The position numbers and the translations under genes are program-made. A stretch of DNA of 63,684 bases, the filler included, from Octopus bimaculoides (taxonomy: Eukaryota): assembly GCF_001194135.2 (NCBI RefSeq). It is 3 parts of 2 records of this genome, joined end to end, with 100 filler letters (N's around TTAATTAATTAA, not from the genome) between each part and the next. Parts side by side here need not be neighbours in the genome. Positions count along the whole stretch, not along the records: positions 10,913 to 40,422 come from NC_068982.1; 2 more parts are not named here. The stretch is one strand, 5' to 3'. The notes below the pieces were generated by a model. The model did not search any database. It saw only the letters and a list, made by a program, of their open reading frames with translations, and was not told the DNA's origin. Of this stretch, positions 13,425-26,276 are shown in pieces (positions within the stretch are counted from its first letter, which is position 1; the number at the start of each line of letters is the position of its first letter).

Positions 13425-13917
13425 TAGATAGATAGATACATACATACATACATAGTAGATGCAGACATGTGTGTGTGTGTGTGGTGTGTGTGTGTGTGTG
13501 TGTAATGTATCTAGGTCTACATTATCCATTATGTCCTCCTGTTTCTTCTCTTTCTTTTTTAATATATATTTAATTTATTTTTACATGGTAGGGTGTGGTT
13601 TGAAGGAATGGGACAGGTATTTGAAGCAAGACATGCAACAAATAAAGCTTCCGTTTTGGAATCGTTCAAAATACAAGTTTTTAAAAATGTAAAAAAAAAA
13701 ACAGAATAAAACCTGCTGGCTTTCTGTTTTTATTCTTCCTTTGTTACTTCCGAAACGAGATTGAAACAGATAGTCTGAAATGTTGCAATTTCTTTTGTAT
13801 GTTTACTCGTCTAGACGTATTAAGGTGCTCGTCTCAGTATAAATACTTCACAATAAACGTGTGTAGTGTCATTTATTTTAATTCTTTTCAAATCAATATT
13901 GTATTTTGGGAATATAA

Positions 13918-14065
13918 TTGAACCCTAGTATTTAACTGGTACTTATTTAACTGAGCCCCTAGGAGGATGAAAAGCAAAGTTGATCTCGGCAGGGTTTCAA
14001 ATTAGAACGTAAAGGAACGTAACTAATTTAGAATGCAGCAATATTTATTGCCCGACACTCTGGTA
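13918..14065 (-). mobile_element. Meta/MESC-like SINE, diverged
   Basis: ctggtacttattt..ggatgaaaagcaaagttgatctcggc is the reverse complement of the family core. Confidence 0.7.
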
Positions 14066-14144
14066 ATAACGAAAATCATGTCCTAAAACGGTGAGATGAG
14101 GACAAGTGAAATAAAATGAGTTGAACAGCTAATTAAGATTTTAT

Positions 14145-14935
14145 ATTAAGCAATAGGACGTACAATTTCCTGTAATTCAGACTGCTTCGTGGTCCCAGCA
14201 GACAAAAGGGAAAAGGTATTGCCGCGGGAGATGGCGAGAGAGATGCGCTGGAACATCCATTCTGACTCACAGGGCTCGTACTTGCAGACAGCCATCTCCG
14301 CCTCGATAGCGGTGAGAAGGGACATGGTCTAGGGCAGGGGTTTTCAAACTGTGGTCCGCGGACCACAGGGGGTCCGCAAGGACAAGACAGGTGGTCCGTG
14401 GACAGCAAATACTTTTTATGGGCAATTTGATTTTATATATGTTTTTTAATCGAAATCTTTTAATTGATATTAAACCTATTTGTTAAATACTGTTAAATAA
14501 ATAAATGTAAAAACATGTTATTTTAAGCAAATATTTATGTATAAATTTCATAAGCGTTTATAAGGGGTCCCTAAGGTAAAGCCTGAAATATAAAGGAGTC
14601 CGCAAGTCAAAAAGTTTGAAAACCTCTGGTCTAGGGGTCAAGAACGCCGGAGTCTCCATTGCCACAGGCTCGACCATGAACCTTCCAGAAAGTGACTTAT
14701 ACCTTGACAGTTTGCTTTTCTAAGCCTGACTAGCAGGGAAACCTGAACTGATAGCTGAACACACCAAGTTGCCGCTGGAGAAGATGTTCCAGTATGCGAC
14801 ATCCCAGATGAGGGGCTTACCGTCATACCGTCCCCTCGGTCTTTTACCGTCCCCTCGGTCTTGCCCCGCTGGTTCGAGCTGGGAAGGGAAGTTTGCGGTG
14901 TCTAGTATGACTTCCAGAGCAAGAGTCACACGGGC
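14145..14935 (-). mobile_element. CRE-like non-LTR retrotransposon 3' end (restriction-like endonuclease), interrupted by a hAT MITE
   Basis: LDTANFPSQLEPAGQDRGDGKRP..LIWD..; EPVAMET..; EWMFQRISLAISRGNTFSLLSAG. The RPDG / WD / ET / QR...RGN pattern is typical of CRE-type REL domains; stops and frameshifts present. Confidence 0.8.
14335..14628. mobile_element. hAT (Charlie-like) MITE, 294 bp
   Basis: TIRs caggggttttcaaact / agtttgaaaacctctg; perfect 8-bp TSD gtctaggg at 14327-14334 and 14629-14636. Confidence 0.92.
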
Positions 14936-16899
14936 ATGATTTTAGCACATTGTAGCCCAATGATTTATTCAAATCTGTAATTGGTGGTGGCCTTCAGCTT
15001 TCTAAGGTTGTAAAAGGTTCGCGTCGAATCGGAAGTCAAGAGCAAATTTTCGTTTTCCTTTTCATCCTTCTTTATAAACGGATAATCATATAAACGAGGA
15101 AGATACTAAGTAGTACAGTATTGCCAACGTGAAGCCTTGCCTAACTCCCGTTTTTTATATTGAAGGGTTCAGCTTTCTACCCTTCAACAATTCGAACCAT
15201 TTCTATATGGAACTGACCAAGGAAATTTACAAATTTAGGCAGAAACCAAACGAGCTAAAGAAATTTACAAATCTTAAGAAACCAAAGCTTCTGAGAACAC
15301 CTCACAGAAGTTTCGTATAATAAATAGGTTCTGATGTTTTTTTGCATTTTTTTTTGTGNNNNNNNNNNNNNNNNNNNNNNNNNNNNNNNNNNNNNNNNNN
15401 NNNNNNGGGGGGGGGGGGGGTTCAGGCTTCCTTGTAACTACGATCATGAAGACCGCTTTTGCAGAAGCACCACTGTGACTCTTGTGCGAAATTTCCTTAG
15501 ATTGGTTGGATTCGTCTCTTGAACATCATCTTTCCTTGAACCATCCCAGTTTTCGATAGGAGAGCTCTAACTCTATTGTAGGAGTAAAAAGATTTGTCTA
15601 TCTTATTCTTGTATGGCAACGATGTTTGCATTCTTTCAATGTTGAGATATATATTCATAGTTCCCCGTCCCTATGATGCAGTGATGAAGCTATTTAGAGA
15701 GTATTGTCACATCATAGAAATTGTGCATGTCACACGTGTCTGCATACATCTGGATATCTTGAGCTTTTGCCATCCACCATACATTTTACAAGATACGAAC
15801 AGTTGATTGAACCTCACTTCAAAAAGTGCAGCATTACTTTTTAGATGTGTGTTATGAGGTGTTGTCCAGATTTGTTATGTGGACTTCATACATCATATTA
15901 AGGGACCTGATTGAGTAAAAATTATCATTGATAAAGTCTCGATGTTTTTTTTGTTTTTTTTTTCATCTTGAATCTGAGGGCTTCGGTTACATTAGCGAAT
16001 GTGGTTCTTTAGAGCGATTATTTGTTATCCATAAAAGCTGAGTGCCTTTGAGGATTTCAGGTTGACAGAGAGCGATGATTGTTAAACTTGCAGAGATCGA
16101 GCTTCTTCAAAATTGAGAATTTTAATATTTATCGGAAATCGCTTTAAAACTGATCGTTACAATCTGCTTTTTTTTCTGTTAGAATGTACTCCCCAAACCA
16201 GTCTTTCTGGATGTAGACACAAGACAACAGCACAGTGGTTGATAAATACATGGGCATATACACTAAGTGAGCCTGTACAATGTATATCTGAGAGCCATTG
16301 ATATTGCAAGATCCCTTATTAAGTTATCTTGGAACCACAAAGTACTAAATTACTATGTATGGACGTGAGAAGTCTGATGGGGGAATCCTCGTAAAGAATA
16401 GGTTGTATAGTAACCATGGATACTCTCTTACACTCACACACATAAATGCATGCATAAACACATACACATAAAGCTCTATATGTAGTGTGTGTGTGTGGGG
16501 GGGGTTTAATATTTGTAATTTCTGATATATTTCAGCCTCCTTCTTTACATATATATAAATGTTTGTATTTCTTTGTGCGTGTATATTGCATGTGTACGCG
16601 TGTATTGGTGTGCATATATTTCGTATATATAGATATATATGCGTACTTTATATATATATATANNNNNNNNNNNNNNNNNNNNNNNNNNNNNNNNNNNNNN
16701 NNNNNNNNNNNNNNNNNNNNNNNNNNNNNNNNNNNNNNNNNNNNNNNNNNNNNNNNNNNNNNNNNNNNNNNNNNNNNNNNNNNNNNNNNNNNNNNNNNNN
16801 NNNNNNNNNNNNNNNNNNNNNNNNNNNNNNNNNNNNNNNNNNNNNNNNNNNNNACAAGTATATGATGTGTGTGACTACTGCTCTCTCGCGCGAATAACA

Positions 16900-18560
<1,661 letters not shown>

Positions 18561-18818
18561 AATCTTTTTAATTTGTTCGTTTTTATCCAACATGACTAAC
18601 GAAAGAAAAAAAAAGGAAAAAGGGATGACATCTTTATCGTCTTGTACTGTATCTACGCTGCACATAGTCTTCTGAATTATAGCTTTCCATCACCACCAAC
18701 CACCTCTATTACCATCACTACCACTATCGTACTACAACCAGCACCACTAATTTCACCAGCAACCTTATCAGCACTACCATCATATTATCACCTCCTCAAC
18801 CACACTAACACCACCACC

Positions 18819-18852
<34 letters not shown>

Positions 18853-18888
18853 TCATCATCATTATCATCTCATTATTATCCCAGCCAC

Positions 18889-19321
18889 AAAGGCGGCGAG
18901 CTGGCAGAATCGTTAGCACGCCGGGCGAAATGCTTAGCGCTATTTTGTCTGCCGTTACGTTCTGAGTTCAAATTCCGCCGAGGTCGACTTTGCCTTTCAT
19001 CCTTTCGGGGTCGATAAATTAAGTACCAGTTGCGCACTGGAGTTGATGTAATCTACTTAATCCGTTTGTCGGTCCTTGTTTGTCCCCTCTATGTTTAGCC
19101 CCTTGTGGGCAATAAAGAAATAAGAAACGTTAGTACGCCGGACGAAATGCTTCGTGGTATTTCGTCCGTCGTTACATTCTGAGTTCAAATTCCGCCGAGG
19201 TCGGCTTTGCCTTTCATCCTTTCGGGGTCGATGAATTAAGTACCAGTTGCGTATTGGAGTCGATCTAATCGACTGGCCCCGCTCCCACAAAATTTCAAGC
19301 CTTGTGCCTAGAGTAGAGAAG
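18889..19321 (+). mobile_element. Dimeric Meta/MESC-like tRNA SINE with 17-bp TSD
   Basis: Two head-to-tail monomers with different tails; attattatcccagccac flanks the whole unit (18872-18888 and 19322-19338). Confidence 0.92.
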
Positions 19322-19355
19322 ATTATTATCCCAGCCACTATCAACACCACCATCA

Positions 19356-19437
<82 letters not shown>

Positions 19438-19454
19438 TGTTGTATCAAAGAGGT

Positions 19455-20078
19455 GGGTCTGTATGCGTTCTCTTGACTCGTTAGAAATAGCAGCCAAATC
19501 TTTGAATTGCATTCCTACCGTCTTCAAAAAAAGTGGTTGAAGTAGCCCTGGATATGCGAAGGAAAAGGGTGAAGTAGCCGTTGATATACAAACGAGATGG
19601 TCAAGGCTGGAACGGTATTTGCTCATTGGTTTGTTTGAGTAGGGTTAAATATCATCATCATCATCATCATAAAGCAGTTTCATCACACCACGTCGTCACC
19701 GTTTATCAATACCACCACCACCACCATCACCACCACCACCGTTAACATCACTATCCCCATCACTTTTGAATTTGAGGGAGCTTTTAAATCACACCCTACC
19801 GTTTTCAAAATGAGGGACACATTAAATTATGCAGTCTCGGGGTTATGCTGTGATGAGGAAAAAATATGGGCGATCACGTTAGGAATAACTTTGACCATGC
19901 TCGGTCAGGATTAGCATCTCGCCAACACCATTACCGCCTCCAACACTACCATCACCACCACCACCACCACCACCACCACCACCACCACCATTATCATCAT
20001 CATCATCATCATCATCACTACCATCATCATCATCATCATCATCATCATCACTACCATCATCATCATCATCATCACTAC

Positions 20079-20129
<51 letters not shown>

Positions 20130-20330
20130 TATCATCAATGATGTCGTTCCTTTTTGAAAGTGCGACCAAATCTCCCTCAGATCACGCCTTACAGCATTTT
20201 TTGGCAAAAGACACATTGCATAATGCAGTCTTAGATACATTTTGTTGTAACAAAAAAAAACACAGCGTGGTCAAGACTGGCGTACCTTGGGTCCGTTCGG
20301 TCAGGTCTGACCTGAACTTAAACAACCACA
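19455..20330 (+). mobile_element. Three tandem diverged copies of a recurrent repeat (gctagaaatagcagccaaatctccctcaaatcacaccctacc family) interleaved with (CAT/CAC)n
   Basis: Homologous blocks at ~19455-19650, 19770-19925 and 20150-20330; the same family occurs at 34890-34975, 35650-35790, 50270-50485 and 57890-58100. Confidence 0.7.
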
Positions 20331-20396
20331 AAGACTGTTCTATATTTTAGAGATGAGGAATTATGTACATTATCTACATGGACGGAAATTCCACTA

Positions 20397-20443
20397 GAAC
20401 ACCTGATGAAGGCTGGAGAGTACATCAGCCGAAACGTTGTGGT
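20397..20443 (+). ncRNA. Minimal type I hammerhead ribozyme motif (Penelope type), copy 1
   Basis: acac-CTGATGA-A-GGCTG(gagagtacat)CAGCC-GAAA-CG-TT-gtggt: intact core, perfect 5-bp helix II, palindromic AACGTT helix III, helix I with one mismatch. Predicted GUU cleavage after 20438. Confidence 0.75.
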
Positions 20444-20531
20444 AACCCTTTATTTGTTTAATGAGGTACTCTGTTTTCATTCCTAAGGTATTTTTTGCTG
20501 ATGTTATTATTATTATTATTTATTCAAGTCA

Positions 20532-20596
20532 TTGACTGGAATTGAACCTGGAATCTTGGGGTTAGTAGCTCGCGCTCTTAACCACTACTGGTTATC
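20532..20596 (-). promoter_or_regulatory. tRNA-derived internal Pol III promoter (A and B boxes), antisense to the hammerheads
   Basis: Minus strand reads ..TAGTGGTTAAGAGCGCG..CCAGGTTCAATTCCAG: D-arm-like A box and GTTCAATTC B box. No complete cloverleaf. Confidence 0.7.
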
Positions 20597-20697
20597 TGAC
20601 TTGAATAAATAATAATGATATCAGCAAAAAATACCTTAGGAATGAGAACAGAGTACCCCATTAGTCAAATAAAGGGTTGGGTTCGAAATTCCACCAA

Positions 20698-20743
20698 GAC
20701 ACCTGATGAAGACTGGAGAATACATCAGCGGAAACGTTGTAGT
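20698..20743 (+). ncRNA. Hammerhead ribozyme motif, copy 2 (decayed helices)
   Basis: gacac-CTGATGA-A-GACTG(..)CAGCG-GAAA-CGTT-gtagt: core intact, but two helix II pairs and two helix I pairs are broken. Confidence 0.6.
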
Positions 20744-21254
20744 AACAACAAACAAGGTGAGGACACCTATCCGTCCAATGTAAATAATGGAAAATAATGT
20801 TTATTGTTGTACACCTCCACTTCATATTTGAAAAGTTTTCTCCAACTATTTTTAATTATTATCGTAATTTTTTATCAGATCCTCACTTATGACACCAAGA
20901 AAACTTCCAAATTATATTTCCGACCATATAAATCATTTCGAATATTATTTTAGCAAGTATAAATAGATTTCTTTTGTGCTGTAAACGATTTACTATTTTT
21001 ATGGTGTCTCCTTTCCGTTGATGCCCTAAGCACGGGCTTATTTTCCTTAATGATTAATCCATATTTTGAGTAATCGCAGAAACACTCTGTTAACCAACAA
21101 AAAAAGAAAAAGAAGAGCAATGATGCACAAACAACAGATAAGACCTATTATGGAGTGTATCAATCCCGACTGGGTCTTTAATCTCTCCACAACACATCAC
21201 AATAAAGTACAGAAAACAGAGCACTTGGTAACGTGATAGGTTGTACATACTTAC

Positions 21255-21307
21255 TATTCGTACAGACTACATGCTCAACGATGCGACAAAACGAAAAACG
21301 AGACTGC
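21255..21307 (-). CDS. Candidate 53-nt exon (QSRFSFCRIVEHVVCTN), product unknown
   Basis: Acceptor ttatctcttgcatgcccaag, perfect donor gtaagt, one open frame. Confidence 0.25.
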
Positions 21308-21534
21308 CTTGGGCATGCAAGAGATAAAGTTTTCTTGTGGCAGTAAGCTTCAACCCCTCTGCAGTCCCTGCCACTATATAATAAAAACACCTGAAAGGTG
21401 CCTTTTCAGACCTTTTCAACACATGTACAACACCCTAGAAAATTACATTTTAAAACGCTCGCGCGCACACACCCGCTCACTCACTCACTAACTCCCCCCT
21501 CTCTCTCTCTCTATATATATATATATATCCCTCA

Positions 21535-21593
<59 letters not shown>

Positions 21594-21663
21594 NNNNNNN
21601 NNNNNNNNNNNNNNNNNNNNNNNNNNNNNNNNNNNNNNNNNNNNNNNNNNNNNNNNNNNNNNN

Positions 21664-21720
<57 letters not shown>

Positions 21721-22289
21721 ACTCACTCACTCAGCCCAGGTAAACATGAAAGAAAACACATACACACTGATAAAGCTGTAACGTCCATAGCCTCTTTAGC
21801 CACAAAACTCTGTTTTACTAACAAGAGATGTTGAGGAGCAGCATCTGCTGCACTCTGAGCGAGCCCACTTTGACCGCTTCCGCTGTGCCACAACCAGAAT
21901 TAGCAAACGGACAGAAAACAAAACGAGAACATTGGGAAAAGTACTGTCCAGATTGTCAGACTACGTTTCACTCGGTTCATCACAACATGTCGAAGAGTAT
22001 AGAATGGTCCTCGGATAACTGGGACATAACATGAAATATGAGTTAGGAGAAGGAGATAGCAGATCGCACTTTGTCGTTCTTCGGCTACAGAACAACACTA
22101 CCACCACTACCACAATCATTAACACCACTATCAATCTTCCCCCACCCACTATCGTAATCATCACCAATAACACCACCAACACCACTCCATCATCTCCATG
22201 GACACCGTCATCAAGACTACTACTATTTGTATTGATATTGCAATCAGTACTAAATGCTTTAATATATTTGTTCTCATTCTAAGACGGTG

Positions 22290-22505
22290 CTGTATTGGCA
22301 AAATCGCAAGAACATGAGGGAAAATGTTTTGCGGCATTTCTTCCGGTTATTTAAAATCTAAGTTCAAATCCCACCGAGACCAGCTTTACCTTTAACTCCA
22401 TCGGGGTCGATAAAATGCGATGACAGTCAAGTACTGAGATCGATGGTATCGGCTAATTCCCTCCTCTCAAATATTTAGCCCTGTGCATAAATTAGAAACC
22501 ATTTT
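22290..22505 (+). mobile_element. Meta/MESC-like SINE, diverged
   Basis: agttcaaatcccaccgag..ggggtcgataaaat..tactgagatcgat. Confidence 0.7.
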
Positions 22506-22984
22506 AAAACGCAACGAATGGTTAGAGGAGTGCTACTGCTAATGGGTTGAACGACCGGAATAAAGGATCCCTTGGGGACCGACGTAAAACAAAATGTTAA
22601 GTATCTCCTTCAGAAACAGCAGCAGATGTTGGAACTGACAACTGTTTCTTATGGCAGCAAACTTATGTGAAGTACAAGAAGAAAATATTTGAAATATCTG
22701 GAATACTTGAAATAACCCAAAAGGTGGAGAACGAGATTCCATTCTCTCTCTCCTTCTTTTCAGTTTTTAATTACACGACCTTCCATCTACACTACTTGCA
22801 AAAGATGCATACAGATTCCTGCACCACCCACCATTATTATATCACAGCTGCAAAAAAGTTACGACGACCAGCTAGAAATTCTGCCCCAGACAAACCGGCT
22901 AAAAGTGCTTGAATACTAAAAGTGCGAACTAACACACTTAATGCGGTATGCTAAAGCTAAAACAAATTATAATAATTGTTTCTA

Positions 22985-23370
22985 CTAAAGGTACAAGGCC
23001 TGAAATTTTGGGGAGGAGTCTAGTTTATTATATCGAACCCAGTGTTCAGCTGGTACTTATTTTATTGACTCCAAAAGGATGAATGGCAAAGTCGACCTCG
23101 GTGACATTTGAACTCAGAACATTAAGCCAGAAAAAATGCTGTAAAGCTTTCTGTCCGGCATGCTAATGATTCTGCTGGTTGACTGGTTTTGGTTTCATAA
23201 TTTGGCACAAGTCCAGGGGATAAGTTGACTATATCGACCTCCAGTGTTCAACTGATATTAATTTTATTGACCTCGAAATGATGAAAGGCAAAGTCGACCT
23301 CAGCGGAATTTGAACTCAGAACGTAAAAAGAGACGAAATGCCGCTAAGCATTCTGTCCGTGTGCTAAATG
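22985..23370 (-). mobile_element. Two tandem Meta/MESC-like SINE copies
   Basis: Two occurrences of ggcaaagtcgacctc..atttgaactcagaac at ~23085-23120 and ~23285-23325. Confidence 0.85.
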
Positions 23371-23917
23371 TCAGTGTCGTTAATGATAGCTATGCCAAAC
23401 GTAAGGGAGACAACTTATAAATTCAAATTGATTAAAAACTGAATGTGGACATGTGGTGGGGATGAAGTATGCTCTTCAGTAACTAAGGTGAGAGCTTTAA
23501 ACATGTTTCGGCCTTATCAAATCTCGAACTCCTCAGCAAAACAGATGGAATAATTCAAGGTTAAGATTACTTAGACATACAAAGAGCATAGATCGTTGCA
23601 ATAGCAAAATGCAACTCACACGGTGCTACTCATAGTGCTACTCAGCAAACACCAAAACAGTACCATATCGCCATCATGTAAATTCAATGTCGCCAGCTAA
23701 TCACGAATAACATAACAAACGCATACATATTGTTTTTTTTTTTTTGTTTTTCTAAATTTGTTTTGTGAAAGGTAGAGTTGTTGGTTTAAAAGATTCCAAA
23801 GAGCCAATGACTGATTCACTATGTTTCTGATGGTGTTAATGCCAAAGGATTCGAACAGAAAAACATTACAAAAGCCTTTGTTTCAAAGTATTCGTTTATC
23901 GGGTTTGATATACAGTG

Positions 23918-24022
<105 letters not shown>

Positions 24023-24051
24023 TGTGTGTGTGTGTGCGTGCGTGCGTGTGT

Positions 24052-24320
24052 GTAGGCGTGGATAAGAAGCTTGGTTCCCAGCTACATGGTTCCGGGTTCA
24101 GTTGCATTGCGTGGCACTTTGGGCAAGTGCCTTCTATTATAGTTCCGAATTGACCAACGGCTTGTGAGTGTCATGGAAGTATAGCCACGCTGGAGCACCA
24201 ATGTGAAGGGTTTTTTGTTGTATGAATCGCCCCCTGGTACCTATTCTTTTTTAAGTCAGGTACTTATTCTACCGTCCTCTTATGCCGAATTGCTAAGTTC
24301 CGGGGGACGCAAACGATTCT
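24052..24320. mobile_element. CORE-like SINE head (+) abutting a SINE tail in the opposite orientation
   Basis: aagaagcttggttccc..ttccgggttcag..tggcactttgggcaagtgccttct, followed by the reverse tail ccacgctggagcacc..gtacttattcta. Confidence 0.75.
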
Positions 24321-24676
24321 GCCAACTCGCCGCGTAACAACCGAAAAAGAAATAAATGATTAATAAATAAATAATTTGGCAGTTTCATCAATAATAAAGT
24401 CAAATAAATTAGAATAAATTATGCCATCAAACTGCTTCCCCATGGATAGATCATGTTTGTACAAGCTTAACTTTTAACTAATACTTACTTTTATTTTTAC
24501 GTTTCAGCAAGAGACTGTGGCCATATTGTAGCATCGCCATTGGACTGATTGCTAGTTTATTTAATTTCACTTTCACGCTTCTTTCTCCTGGTTTGGTTCT
24601 GGTGAATCAGTGGGTTGGACAGAGCTGCCCTTACTTGCATTTCGGGCCGTTATGTGTGTTTATCTTATCTTTGCAG

Positions 24677-24721
24677 ACATTCTCATTTACGCCTCGTAGA
24701 ATTATGAGGTTCTTTGCTAAG
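24677..24721 (+). CDS. Candidate 45-nt symmetric exon TFSFTPRRIMRFFAK, product unknown
   Basis: Strong acceptor tttatcttatctttgcag, donor AAG|gtaatt, only the phase 0-0 frame is open. Confidence 0.35.
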
Positions 24722-24785
24722 GTAATTGCAAAACTCCACGCCCTTGAACTTTAAGCCGTGATACTGCCGAGTTCTTACTCTAGAT

Positions 24786-25095
24786 CAGGAGTTCTCAACC
24801 ATTTTTTATCTATGGACCCCTTTGATTACTATTTTTATTCTGGTGCCCACCCCATAACCATTGAATGCTTAAAAAGTAGTTTTACAGAAACTTCTTTCAA
24901 AATTCTTATTTTGTTTTAGACTTGTGTAGGTTAAACTATGCGAAATGTTAGAGAAAGAAACTTAGCTGTTTCTTGCAATACATACCAATACATACATCTA
25001 AAACAAAATCTTTTCAGGGGCCCTTAAAATACTATTGTGGATCCCCAGTTTACTATTTTGTTACGTGGGCATGGACCCCGGTTGAGAACCACATG
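24786..25095. mobile_element. hAT (Charlie-like) MITE, 310 bp
   Basis: Ends caggagttctcaacc / ggttgagaaccacatg; TSD ctctagat (24778-24785) vs ttctagat (25096-25103). Confidence 0.85.
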
Positions 25096-25739
25096 TTCTA
25101 GATGGAGAGAGTGGGATCATTGGTGTCTTGCAGGCGTTCATTTCAGGCGTTGGTGTAATATGTAATTTCAAACAGACTCAACTAATTATAAATGGAAGTT
25201 GATCCAGCGTCACTAAAAAGTAAATGAAGTAACAGAGACTTTATAAAAAAATTATTCCTCCTAAAGAGTTTCTAGAAAATATGATTATAGAGTTGGAGAA
25301 TGTTAAAGATTATTCTGTATATTTTATTCGGCTCGAATCATAACAATTTTAACTGTGGGAGTACAGTGACGGTTTGGAATTTAAGGAAGTCTTCTTCATA
25401 TATAACAATAAAATAAAATATATATTAAAATATCATAAATATAAGTATGCATGTGTATGTGTATGCGTGTATGTGTGTATGTGTGTGTGTGTGTGTGCGT
25501 GCGTGTGCGTGCGCGCTTTAATCACCGAGACACGAGTCTGTTTCTTAAAATTAATTAATCGCAGAACGAGTTAATTGCCACCTTCGTCAGACGCGGAATG
25601 GGAGATGAAGAGATTGAATTTATCCAATTAAGCTACGCGTATTCAATTACACACCTCCTACACACAAACACTCACACGCACATGCCATGCATACACACAT
25701 GCACACACACACACACACACACGCACACACACACAGAGG

Positions 25740-25808
<69 letters not shown>

Positions 25809-26134
25809 ACACATGCACAAACACTTACAAACTGGTCTCTCTCCCTTTCTTTCTCTCTACCCCTCTTTCTACATTATATATATATATAAAGAGAGAGAGA
25901 GAGTGAAAGAGAGAGAAAGTGAGAGAGAGAGAAAGGAAGATAGCTAGCTAGATGGATAAATACATAGACACATAATGCATACATACAAAGATGATATAAT
26001 ATGTATATATAAACCTTCGTATGCTATACCTCCATGCCAGTTTGTCTTGGAATAGATACAGCAGCGGCTTCCCGTTGATTTCTGTCGGTTTATACAAAGC
26101 TTACTCTGCTAGTTTCCTGCTCTTCCATACTTAC

Positions 26135-26187
26135 CCCTCTGGAGCTCTGGGGAGTACGGAGCCTCGCCACAGGAAGTAGTTTAATGT
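26135..26187 (-). CDS. Candidate 53-nt exon (TLNYFLWRGSVLPRAPEG or DIKLLPVARLRTPQSSRG), product unknown
   Basis: GC-richer island ending in a perfect GGG|gtaagt donor; acceptor ..gggcaag is weaker. Confidence 0.25.
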
Positions 26188-26200
26188 CTTGCCCAGGTTG

Positions 26201-26268
<68 letters not shown>

Positions 26269-26276
26269 TCTCCTAC

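Larger units (their letters stand above)
20335..20790 (+). mobile_element. Composite non-autonomous element: two hammerhead-bearing direct repeats flanking an inverted repeat with a tRNA-like loop (retrozyme-like / Penelope-dependent)
   Basis: 62-nt direct repeat at 20385-20446 and 20685-20746 (7 mismatches); inverted arms 20444-20531 and 20597-20678; outer inverted match 20368-20386 vs 20770-20789. Confidence 0.75.

Noticed and set aside
15600-16140. Very old LINE RT remnant on the minus strand (KKLDLCKFNNHRSLS..RDFINDNFYSIRSL)
   Set aside because: Resemblance to RTE motifs is too faint to assert without a profile search.
20532-20596. Functional tRNA gene
   Set aside because: Only D- and T-arm-like boxes; no acceptor stem or proper cloverleaf. 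The same applies to all SINE heads.
22599-22912. ~100-codon open plus frame (..ETAADVGTDNCFLWQQTYVKYKKKIFEISG..)
   Set aside because: No recognisable homology, weak donor (gtggag), and a length expected by chance a few times in this much sequence.
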